From positions 9,796,001 through 9,860,000 of the forward strand of contig CM068750.1 of the NCBI GenBank assembly GCA_035084275.1: a stretch of DNA of 64,000 bases, written 5' to 3'. Source of the stretch: Hydrolagus colliei (lineage: Eukaryota). Below are positions 27,534 through 39,600 of the stretch, in pieces (position 1 is the stretch's first letter; every line of letters starts with the position of its first letter). The notes below the pieces were generated by a model, which saw only the letters and a list, made by a program, of their open reading frames with translations, made no database searches and had not been told where the DNA came from. Position numbers and translations under genes: made by a program.

Positions 27534-27750
27534 CAGTAAAAGCCTGTTTATCTGGCACTCTCGGGACCTGACCAATGCTGGTTAAAGCGCGTGCCGGATA
27601 TTCGGCTGAAAACACACAAAAAAAAAATTTAAATAAGAAAAAGCATTTTTCTGGATAAATTCTGGTTAATTGAATGCAAACCTTTTTTTCGAGTTGTCGG
27701 TTATACGGAAGTTACGGTTGATCGGGTCATGGATAAACAGGCTTTTTCTG
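27534..27750. mobile_element. pogo/Tigger-type MITE, 217 bp
   Basis: TA|CAGTAAAAGCCTGTTTATC ... GATAAACAGGCTTTTTCTG|TA: 19-bp TIRs with 1 mismatch and a TA target-site duplication. Confidence 0.88.
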
Positions 27751-27974
27751 TAGTAACTTGCATGTTGGGAGTATATTCCAAAGCATTCAGCAATGCTGGC
27801 TCAGCACACGAGCTGAGGGTGGGTGCCGAGGGTGTGGGAGGGGAAATATGACCAAAAGCACGCTTGGGGCAGTGCTCATGTGAGAGTCTGTAATCGATAC
27901 CAAGCCAACAGTTCAAAAGAACATACATGGGTTTGTGTCATATGTATCACGTCTCTAATGGGATGCATAATTAA

Positions 27975-28200
27975 TACTAAGAATCCTTCCATTTCATATG
28001 GTGCATTATCACGTCTTGGGACGTCCTCCCGAATTGAAAAGCATTATACAAATATAATTTTGTTGTTGTTCAAGACGTCTCAAAGTGCTTCACAGAATAT
28101 ACCATAAAGTGAAATGACTGCATATTTTGTGGGAGAAACACAGCAGCCAATTGCGCACATCAGTGTCCCACAGACAATTGAATTGAAGTGTCCAATTATT
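27975..28200 (-). mobile_element. SINE 3' half with an L2-tail-like insert
   Basis: CAAAGTGCTTCACAGAATA...CAGCCAATTGCGCAC...GTGTCCCACA, with TTGGGACGTCCTCCCGA...TAATTTTGTTGTTG on the plus strand inside it. Confidence 0.75.
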
Positions 28201-31200
28201 AAGTACTCCTAAAATTCTTAATGATTAGCGGATCGAGTCACTCACCATAGGAGGATGGGAGACCAACAGAGCTCCTAAATGTAACCATACCACATTTTTC
28301 AAGGCACTGCAGGAGCTTAAGGATTGAAGACGCAGGAAAATGTCCAGGGCTTCACAGTGTTGAGGATTGAAGGAATTATCCTGGTGTCAAAAATGAAAAT
28401 AATTTATATTCGGCATTATATCCTGTAAGTGTGCAGGATTTTCTAGGTACTATGAGAGAATCCACTAACAAAAGTTCTCCGTTTAAAAGATTAACCCAGA
28501 TCTGACCCTTCAATGTGGGCAACAAGTTTGGGTCTTAAGGAATCTCAGAGCAAGAGGAAATGAAAAAAAAGAAAGAAAAATAGAGGAGTACCCAGATACT
28601 TTCTCTATTAAAAAAAAATCAAGAATCTGACAATAAACACCCACACCGATACACAAATGATGAGCTCCATGTTTGTATTTTCTATTATTAGGATATTTGA
28701 TTAAAATGATATTACAGTCATATAGTAAATGGTGCACGTAGGTGGTTTTCAGTATCAATCGCATCTAATAAAGTTACACTAAAAAGGAAAAATGTGTTGA
28801 CCCTTAAAAGGTATTTTAAAAGTTTGTCAGGTAACAATTTAGGGTTCATGAATGAACATATTGAAGCAAGAGAATAATTAACAGAATGTCATAGTTGCTT
28901 AATATATTACTTTGAATTAAAATTGATATGGCTGAACAAGTTAACAAGGCAACATTTATCACGGCCGTCACTGTTTTAAGGGTTTGAGACTAAATGGGTG
29001 GGGGTGGGGGAATAGTAATGACAGACTTGCAACTAAATGTTCAGGGAAATTCAGTGACTCTTTAAATAGACTGTACTTTCAATCTAACTGTTTTGAAAAT
29101 TGAAACGGGTGAAACTTAACTGTTAAAAAGACTGACAAGCAATCCTCATTTTATAAGTGATGGGAGAGAAAACTATAAAACAAGGAGTCCTATCGACCGT
29201 AGTTAAAAGAGTACATCTATTTTAAATTACTATTATCCTCAGCAATACTGGATTGAACGAGTCAAATATTGTGCATTTAAAAAAAAGCTTAAGAGAAAGA
29301 GCAGAACTCATTTAAATATACTGTGTACAAAATAAGCTTTTTTTAAAAAAAAAATTGGCTTTCATTACAGCTGTTACATAGTAATAACAGTGATTATTAC
29401 TCATAATAAAATTCAGTCATCATTCAAATCGTGGCCAAAACGGCTTACAGCCAGTTCACCTTTCCACTCCTACGTATTCCTTCTGGTTTCAATTATGGGT
29501 CACAAAAAGAATAAAAACGCCTTTCAAAAACATCAGCTCCCTATCTTCCTTTCCCACACCGACCGACTATGGCCTGAACTGTGGTTCTTGCCTGCAATCT
29601 CGCTGCAGTCAATAACTGCTTGTCTCTAGCATTCAACCCTGACAAACGGCCATCATCATCGGTTGAGGTAATTTGTAAAATTACCTGGTGCTGGCAGCCA
29701 GGGTTGTGGGACTGTTCTGGACTGGCGAGCTGCTGGTGTCGGGAGCTTTCTGCCTCTCACTAATCTGATTTAGATGAACCAAAAGCTTCAGCTATAATTA
29801 TTGATCCATTAAACGACAGCAGCAAGCCCATAATGCAAACTTTACCATTTCGTTCTGCTGCATGCAGCGGGTCAAAACATCACTCGCAATAGTAATGCCT
29901 CTCAAATCTGGTTTCAATTTATTTAGGGTTTAATCAACAACAGTACTTATACTGCACCCTACAAATAATAGTAAATACAGATTTTGATTTTCAGCTAAAC
30001 AGCTAAACTCTGAGTAACGCAGGTCAAGTACTATTCTTTGTTTAGTTGATAAATGTTTTGCTGATCCAATCACCGGCTGAGAAAAGTACATGCCATCAGC
30101 CAATTGACCTGACCCAGGCTATCCTAGATTTCACATGGGTAGGATTTAAAGAGATGTTTATTCCAAGTGTTGACCCAGTCGGGACCTTTTCCGTGCCAGG
30201 CTGGCATTCTGGTAAACTAGAGTGAAAATGCTTGGCTCAAATCAGTAACACGTGCACCTAACTAATACAAACCATCATTTAGAAACTAAATGCACGGCTA
30301 AGATCAGTTATTCAACAGCGCTCCAGGATATTATTACAACAAACTGGGGGAGATGTTAGCCAGATATTATCAGCAATTCTTGGATGTATTTCACGTGTGC
30401 AGTTAACATTTCTAGCTGCTGCTAAATAAATGTAATTTTAGTGTGTTTTTTAGGAATTTGCTGTGGAAACAAATGTTCAATTACCCATTTTTATGGCTGA
30501 TTTGAGCTATTTCAAAAAAAGGATGCTGTAGGTCTCTTGGATACACATGTCATTTATTAAAATGGAGGATATACAGTATCTACAGAACCTGGCCAGAAAT
30601 AAATTAGGAAAGTTTCAGGTTACATGCTATATAGTCTAATAAAATAAAAAAAAAGGTAAGACATCCAGGTCACATTGGCTTGCTGATGGTTTAGTTTTGA
30701 TGCAGAAAAAGAAACACTGCTACTTACAACAGTGCTTCTGCAATGGAATTAAAAACTAACAGGACAGAACTTTGTATCGATTCCAAAAGCCTGAATTAAC
30801 ACTGATGATGACTGGGAGGTGCCTATCCTTTTAATCTCTCCCACAATCTGTTGGCCTTTGTGACTGGGTTTTGCTTGCAATTAGCTAGGAACACAGCAGA
30901 ATTCAACGTGCAGTGTTTTATGAAGTGAATTACGTTCTCGATTAGCATTTGTGATCAAAATCTATGGCCGTCCTGATTTTCTTTGGTGAACACCCTTGGT
31001 GACAATACTCATTGCAAATGTTAGTGGAGCACATCTGCTCCCTGAAAGGTCAATCTGCCAGGGGCAACAGTGACACACTTAGTGAAAAAATATTTTACAG
31101 GTGTAACTTGATTTCAATAGTGAGGAGTAAGGGACCACATACAGTACATTAATATCTACTTCTACAGTTTTTGTAAAAACGCCTATTTACACCTAATATT

Positions 31201-31773
31201 TACACATATCGTTTTAAATCATATTACTGTATTACAAAAACAAAAGTCTGCTTTTGATTTCTCAAATGAAAATTAGAACTCAATCCATTGGCAAACAATA
31301 GATGTTTGGCAATAACTACGAGGCAGGAAATTTAATTTTCTAAATAAAACAGTTAACAATGTGAGTATCATATCAAGAAATTCAATAATGCTCCGGTTAT
31401 ACTGCAGCAAATTCCAAATAAACTTTTACACTTAGAAAAACCCTGACCATCACTTTAAGATTTTAACATTATTGGAGAGCCAGTCACACACAAAGCTCTT
31501 CAGTAAATAAACAGCATTTTGCTTAATTGTGTATTACAACATTTCCCTCCAGCTCAGACAACAGTGGTTTGCAGTGGGTATTTCAACTACAGTTTGTCAC
31601 TCTGAATTGGTCTGCTATTGAAGGGATGTCAGATCGCTTATGTAGTATAAAATGGTTATTACAAGTGTCTTAGATATCCAGTGGTGACTGTCGTGTATAA
31701 CTTTTAACATACATGGTTTTATTATGTGGTACCTTCAATGTTAGTTCTAGCACTCAATTGTTATTGCTTCCTA

Positions 31774-32533
31774 CAGTAGAAGCCCATTTTTCCTTGACTC
31801 AATGAACCAGCAATTCTGTATAACCGGCACGCCAAAAAACAATCCCCATTCGATAAACCGGAACTTATCCGAAACAATAGCAGTGGAGCATTTGTAAATG
31901 CATAAATAATAACATAATAACAGAATATTGTATTGGTACTTATTGTTAAAACTACTCTCTTGCGCTTCTCACTTTTACTAGTAGATGCTGCGCTTGAAGC
32001 CATGATGCTGCGGTTGAGGTTTATAGTCCAGCGATTCTTTTTAAAATGGAGCACGCCAGGCAGGTGACAAAAAACGGAATGCGACTTTAAAGCCATAGTA
32101 GTGGCAAGCCGATAATGCTAGCCGATAACCCACATTGTTGCGCATGTGCAGTATTTTGGTTTGCCGCTAGTAGAATCTAGGGCTATCTAGGGTTATCGGC
32201 TTGCCACTAGTAAAGTCGTGAGACTTTAAAATAGCGCTGCTGTTTTTTTCACCCGCTTGGCGTCTTCCATTTAAAAAAGAAACGCTGGACTGTAAAGGTG
32301 AGAAGCGCAATCAGTAAAGGTGAGAAGCGCTAAAGAGTAGTTTTAACAATAAGTACCAAAACAATATTCTGTTAATATTTGTTATTATTTAGTCTGATGT
32401 GTATGGTGTGTGTTAAAAAACATAATTTTTTTGGGGGGGTGGGTTTTTGACCGCGAGCCGCTCGAATATCCAGCAGGCGCTTTAACCGGCATTGGCCAGG
32501 TCCCATGAGTGCTGGGACCTGGGACTTTTACCG
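31774..32533. mobile_element. pogo/Tigger-type non-autonomous element (760 bp) with an internal long inverted repeat
   Basis: TA|CAGTAGAAGCCC ... GGGACTTTTACCG|TA. Both ends align to the 27534-27750 MITE in opposite orientation. Carries the transposase N-terminal motif KRKRVVLTI. Confidence 0.85.
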
Positions 32534-33128
32534 TATTTTGTTAATATCCTAAGATGGCAACTCTGTACTATATAAAAATGTTGTATTTACCAAAGGTTTG
32601 TTCACAAATAATTGGTAGCGTGTATCCAATAAATCTAAGGACAACATGCAATAATTTTATGGCAAAATGTAACCCGTTTGTCTGTGGACAGCAGTTAATG
32701 TAAAATATTACATTATTGTCCACTTTTGTTTCAGTTCGGCACACAAATGGGTCGGTGAAGAAAAATAAGAGATTTTCTAGATTAAGCATGACCTACGTTG
32801 TTTGGCCATGATATACTTGTCCAATTTCTGTTGAATCATTAATTGCTACAGAAAAAATACTTAGGGTATTTCTTCTAAATCACAATTTCTAGTAATTTAT
32901 TACTCAAATTATACTCTGAACAATGCTTTAACTAAATTTACACTTGGCTGATTTTGGCTCGTTGCAACCTTAGTCATTACCCCTGCTGTGTAAAATTGTG
33001 CACGAGTACAAGATCACCGTGCACTGGTCAGGGGTGAAGCATAGCACCAAAGTGGAAGCTTTTGGATGTGGGGCAGTCATTATGATGTAACTGACCTATA
33101 TGAAACTGCTACCACAGTTCAGATACAT

Positions 33129-33570
33129 TGTCAGGTTCCAGCCTCTAGCTGCTGTGTGATAGCCCTAAATACTTGACAAACTGAAGGCCTTTCACTTTCT
33201 GTTCAAATTGCCTCATCTCCCTGTCAGAGCGCCATGGGGGACTCCATTAGTTTTCCAACTCCTTTCCCCCCACTGACAGTCATTTAGTCGGCTTCTTGTT
33301 GTGAAGGCTGTCCATGTCAAATTATCCAGGCCCCTATTGTCCTTATTACCACTAGAGAAACCATCATGAGTAATGCTATGGGTCCCTCAGTTGTCACCAT
33401 TTGTCAGAGGGAAAGGGAGTGTGGTTACATATAGTTGACAGGTAATTTCAATGTCTAAAATTACCCCAATTACTCTTGTCATAAACAATTCGATAAATGC
33501 ATGCCAATAAAAACAGATAAATACACCAAGGTCTTTGTATTAATGACTACAGTAATGAGTAAATCATTGA
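33129..33570. promoter_or_regulatory. Candidate enhancer: TALE (MEIS/PREP) and HOX motif cluster
   Basis: Nine TGACA cores in 353 bp, plus GTCATAAA, CCAATAAAA and TGATTTAC (minus strand). Confidence 0.55.
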
Positions 33571-34441
33571 TATGATGCTCCCCTCTTCTAACTATGCTCA
33601 GCTGTTGGTACCTGGTCAGCACAAATTATGCCTTCCACTTTCATTATCCCATCACTGAAAGAGAATTTGAAAGGCCGTGACAAAATTAATTTAAGGGGAA
33701 AAATACTGGAGTGCCTAAAGCAGGTGTTAAAATAAAGATTTTCATTTGCTACTTCAGTACAGTGTGGAGTTGAAAAGAAAAAAAATCTACCATCACTGCT
33801 GGTGAATTTCACAAACGTCAGAAAATCCAGATTTCCACTTGTATTTTCTCATTGTCTTCAAACAGGAGAGTAGAATCCAAAAAAGTTAGAATAGCACACA
33901 TATTCACTAAAAGACAGATGTGGCTTCAGACATCGAAAGTGAATCTTATTCAAGCATATGTAAAATCTGTGAATATACAGATGTATGACTAAACTTGTTT
34001 AAACAAAAAGCCATTACTGATTTTTTTATTTATAGAGAAAAATATCTATCGCTGCCATTTGATAACAAAACACATTCAAACATCTGTCTCAATTAATAAG
34101 TCTGCAGAACAATGTATGCCAGCACTGTTAAAAATTGAATTAAATCCGTAAATTGGGAGAGAAAAAAAAAGCCGCTCTATTTGCTGCTGTTTGACTTTTA
34201 CTCAAGATCGCTAGCACCAATTGCACTCTGTCTCTTTGCTGACCGCAGTATAAAGTGATGGCTGAAAAACCCGTCCTAGGGAACTTGTTACAGGAAATTG
34301 CTCTTGGCAACTATTTGTTCAAGAACCAGAATTATTTTTTTTAAAACCAACACCGAGAACCGAGTGGAAAACGGGATGGGTTTCCTTAATGAGTAATCTA
34401 TTTTGGTGGATTCCAGCCTGGACATGACAGTTAACAGAGAG

Positions 34442-34581
34442 NNNNNNNNNNNNNNNNNNNNNNNNNNNNNNNNNNNNNNNNNNNNNNNNNNNNNNNNNNN
34501 NNNNNNNNNNNNNNNNNNNNNNNNNNNNNNNNNNNNNNNNNNNNNNNNNNNNNNNNNNNNNNNNNNNNNNNNNNNNNNNNN
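34442..34581. other. Assembly gap (140 N)
   Basis: Run of N, preceded by AGAGAG (possibly a collapsed GA repeat). Confidence 1.
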
Positions 34582-35679
34582 TATGCAGCAAAGCCGAAGC
34601 CAAATATGAACAAAACAGCAATTCAATGAGCGACTTCTGGCACTAGGAAATTGCAATAAATGAGACTAATTGCCATTTGAAAAAAGAAAAAAAACTTTAA
34701 AAAAAGCTATTAAATGCAAGATTTGAATGCTGAAGTCTAAAGAGATGTTTATGATGTTAATTCTGGGTTCTCCAAGCAGACAAAAATATTCAGCAAATTC
34801 CAAGCATCTGACAGCAGGAGATGTTCCACAAATCATGTATGCACACCATATCCATCAAAAGCTATATTCCTGCTTTTATCAGTTTTCAGAATACTTCAGC
34901 AATTGCAGAAATCATTGCTCAGTTTCTAGGCTGTCATCTATGTAAATGTGAATACTGTCAATATTTCAGCAAAAAAAGCTTTGCTTCAAAAGAGGCAAGA
35001 AAGTACTAATATAGATCATAGTGAACTGCATTAGCATTGCAGAACGCAGGCAGTAATATAAAGACACAGTAAAGCTCAAAGGCCCAACACTTAGTGTTTG
35101 CCAATGGGGAGTTAGGAAAAGTTGCTGCTGACAGCTCATTTCATTACGTTATTCGAAGTGAAAATTACATTTCTGAAGACCTCATCATAATTTTTTTAAA
35201 AACGGATTCTGTTGACTGTTCTTCACAAATAATTAAGACATTAAAGATGTTCTGGTTGCGCTTCACATTAATTTGCAGAACAATGTTGCTTTGAATCATG
35301 CTGCTGTTTTTTGAAACCCCAAACCCAAATCAGTTTCATTACTTTTTTTTGGAAAAAAACCCTCAAGAAAACCTACTTCTCTTCCAGTTTTCCCTTTGAT
35401 TGCAACTACTGTACCGATAAATAATGCAAGTAGACACTTTTCTGTCTCCTTCAAGATCCAGTGTCCTTTTACTGTACATTGGTTGCTTGTAAGTGAATAT
35501 TGAAGATACTGCAGAAGAAAGAAGGTGTCTTCAGCTGACTTAAGTCCAGCAAGCATTTTGTTTTGGCATTTTGAAATATTTTTGTAAAAAAGTTAATTTT
35601 TGAATATATTAACAATCATATTGGGCATGCAGTAGAATCTAGTTAGTTAACTAACTGTTCACTAATTGGATTCAGTGCC

Positions 35680-35880
35680 TTGGCACATCCTAGAGACGTG
35701 AAGGGTGTTCTATATATTGTGTACTTCTATTTACTTCATCCTAATCTTGTATGTTTGTCTACAAATGCATATTTCACTACGAATACAAAGTCATTATACT
35801 TTATAGTGAATCCTGCAAAGGCTTTGACATCATCCCAGTTTGAAAGGCGCCACATCAAATGCATGGATTATTATTAAATG
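35680..35880 (+). mobile_element. L2/SINE tail fragments
   Basis: GACGTGAAGGGTGTTCTATA and GAAAGGCGCCACATCAAATGCATGGATTATTATT. Confidence 0.6.
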
Positions 35881-36299
35881 TGCAGCATGAGATATGAGCT
35901 AAGGATTCCTTGACAATCAACCAGACTCTGTTTGTAGCAATAGTTCGTAACAAAATTTAAAGAAATCTAATTTCTTGTAATGTTGCATCGCAGGAAGCAA
36001 TTCTGTCTGTCTTGACATCTGTTTAGATAACCTGAGCAGTTCAATGGAACAGTGATATAACAATATCAATCCCTCACAATTGCTCTTCTCCTTCTGTTTT
36101 AATCAATACAGACCAATTTGATTTTTTTTGTTTGTAAAATTAGTTGCAAAAATCTGGTAATAATCAAGACCTTTAATGTTCCCATTTATGCTGTGCTTTC
36201 ATCATTGATTCAATGGCAAAATTGAAGTGAATAAGCATTTTTGGATGCATTGACTCCCGGTTTTGATCAGTTGGTGATATCTCCTTTAGAAGTTGGCTT

Positions 36300-36685
36300 C
36301 AGAATAAAATCAAACTGCAGATCTGCAGTCTAAACCCAAGAAGTGCCAGTGTAATTCCAGATCTCTACCACTATTGCTGCACAAACTTGAGCAGTAGATT
36401 GGCTCACCATCAAGGCGGACTCACAGTCATGCTCGATCTGGCTGTCAATGGATATCCAAACCTTGCACATTCCAGTGGGTGTGTGTGCGCATGTGTATGT
36501 ATGTGTTGGGGGGGTTTACTGGACAGTCATCATGATAAGGAACAGGGGTGCAAGATTCTTACACCCCTTCTAGTGCTCCGGATGAGATCAGCTTACTCAG
36601 CACAGGCAGTGAATCAAAACTCCTACCTTCTGATCGGTAAGGTTTTTGTGGAGTTATAAGCATTAGACTACCACGATGGGCAATT
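36300..36685 (-). mobile_element. Degenerate MER131-like SINE
   Basis: GAGATCAGCTTACTCAGCACAG...CCTTCTGATC, with the same segment order as the 23060 copy. Confidence 0.45.
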
Positions 36686-39600
36686 ACTTCCATTACAAAA
36701 TCCACTAATCCCAATTTAAACTGATTTTTATTTTTCTTGTGTTTTTGACATACGAACATCGAAGCAACTATAGAAAAAGGATGTGAGCACATTTGGAGAC
36801 TGGTAGCTTGAAGCAGTCCCTTTAACTTCAGCTTAAGGAAAATCATGTGTAGATCTGTGCGCACAAGTCTAGTGATTTTATATCCTCTTGTCAAACCTCT
36901 GCAGTTTTATTTGTAGTGATACATGAAGGAGAAGGTTGGAGGTTAAAGTTGACATTCAGGCCAACAGGAAAGCAGACAAACCAGATTCAGAAGGTTACGA
37001 CGATTAGTACATTAAGACTTGTCGGCAACTATTACTAACTGAAAGTCCATTTTGTGCAATGGGCAGCTTACAAAATGATACTGAATGTTCCAATCGCAAG
37101 TTGTAATTAGCTGACCTCTTGTTTCAACAAAGTCAGCAGTTTAACCTTCTGAGCATCAAGACATCTTCATGCTTTTATTTAATATGACAACTTCTTGACA
37201 AGGTAATGAAACAAAAACTAGTTGAAGAGGGATATAGTCAGAGTAGTTCATTTGTTTAATGCCTTTTAATCAGGTTCGATATGTATGACTCTCATCAGTG
37301 AGAAGCAATGTTTCATTAAATATAAATCTTGCATTGAAAGGAGAGAGATCAGATTGAAAATAGGGAGGGTGTATTAAATATTTGCAAAAAAACAAGAATA
37401 ACTAAACGACAACACTTTTTTTTTGAAAAAAGAGATGGTTATGGTGCCTTTAATAAGACTGGGTAAAAAGGACAGTCTCACAAGACCTTGCAGTTTGTGT
37501 ATTTCTCCATGACAACAAACTGGCCGGCGTAATTGATTGCTGTGCACTGAGGTGAAGGCAAACAGTGCTAACAAACCTACACAGGAAAGGACAAGGTTGT
37601 GGAAGGGACATCGGGCTCTAAAACAAGAATAAGTCAGGGTTATTTATAAACAACAGACTGTGCTGTCTACAAGCTTGCCAACAGCAATACCATTCAAACC
37701 ACACCAAAGCAGTTGACTATCAATTAGTCTGACTTGAAGGTGCTCCATAGCTAAGAGCAACAAAGAAAAGGGGGGGGGGGAAAGCACATCTTCGACTTTT
37801 TGTTGAATTATTTATAAGAAATAAAAACAAAAAGGTGTTGCAGATCAGGTTTTCTATGTCGTGAGCAGCAATAAATATAAGAAATCGACTTATTTTATAT
37901 CTTTTTAACAGCTTCCTAATTCCACACCTATTCCACAAGATTTTATTCCTTTAACAGGATTTCTGGACAAAGTTCCATATAAAGACATTCCTGGACTTAT
38001 CTGCAGAACAGTGCATGGATTAAACTTTAATTAAATATATTTTACTGTAAAGCCTTCAAAGACCTAAAATGGAGCATTGCATTATATTACTCCTGGCAGT
38101 TCTTTGAATCACGCATGAATGCTCATTTTTAACCTTCAGTGTACCATTGAAGGATCATCTGCTGAGAGACTTGCACTTTCTCTTTCCCCCTGCCCTGTAA
38201 TTAAGGCTTTTAATGCATTTCACTGTCAGTTACTACAAAGCTAACTCTGTGTGTGTACATAAAATGGACCACTTAAGAGTTTTACTTGAGAAATCTTTGA
38301 ATGCGTTAAAATACAATTTTCTCCCTGGGAAAAAAATTCCAAAGAAGGTTGCTGATTTAAAATGAAAAGCAGGTGTTAGAGATTTCTTCCTGGTGCTGTG
38401 ATGTATAGAATTTTATTTTGACTACCAATAACTTATAAAGTTAAAAACTTAACATGGATATAATGGAGCTACTCATTCTATTGACTTCTGACAATATTTT
38501 TGTAATTTCAAAGTAAGTCATTTTTAAAAAAAAGTACAGTATGCTGATATAAATCCAGACATACAAAGTACTAGCGAACACACTGTGCAGTATGCCATAC
38601 TGACTTACTGCTCGTGAACAAAAAAGAAATTCAGACAGATAGAGAAATCATCACCTTATACATGTTCAATTTGAATTTTCGAGACATAGATACATTTTTA
38701 AAACCAATGGATACATTCAACAAACCAAATACACAAATGTCATTGATTTGTTTCAAGTACAAAGCTCATATCTACAAAGAAAAACAGTATTTTAATAACA
38801 TGGATTATATTGGGCTTATGACTCCATTTGAGTACAGTTCATTTAGTTAGATTAAAAAATGAATAATTGATTTGTGCACAGTCTGACAGACAGACCAGTT
38901 TATTTGGCTTGGCTCAACTAATTAAAGACTGCACAGCTTATCTGTGAGGCGAGTTTCATTGCAAAACAATCTTTTCCAATAACTAATTAATTGAGACAAT
39001 GCATTTTATCTATGGTAATTGTTATGCTTTTTGTAAAATTACCAGTTAATTCATTTTGATCCCCTCCAAGAGTATTTCTAAAATCATAAATGTAAGTTTC
39101 CCTAAAATTTTCTGTATGCTCATTTAGAAATCACAATTATTATTTTTTGGGAGGTGGGGCAGCGGGGAGGTTCAGCCTATTTCTTCAATTCTAAAGTACA
39201 AATCAGATGCATTAAAAAAACACATTTGCCATTTTTGCTTAAACGATATGAAAGATGCAGTCAGAAAACTGAAAACAAAAAAGGGTTTTCAGGGCTCAAA
39301 GGGATCACGGTCAGTCAGTCAAACGATAATGGAAATGCACCAAAAATATCAGAGGAATAGGATTGTCTGCCGCTCCATCATGAAATTCTTCTGATATGTT
39401 TGTATATAGGAGATGGGACGAAGGTTTGTACATGTGCTCTGGCAACAAAGACAACGGACATTCCACAATTCACTGTCTCAAATAGCTGAAAAGCTTACTC
39501 TGCCCGAGACATTATGCAAGTAATAATTTAGAAGCAACACAAAAGTCTAAGCAAATGATTCACGTTGGCCAATGCATACAGACATTATCAGTAAATTTAA

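Noticed and set aside
31761-32096. 111-aa ORF containing KRKRVVLTI as a TIGD2/JRKL gene
   Set aside because: Only about 21 residues resemble a transposase start. There are no HTH or DDE domains and it lies inside a MITE.
34288-34656. ORFs spanning poly-X
   Set aside because: Artefact of the 140-N assembly gap.
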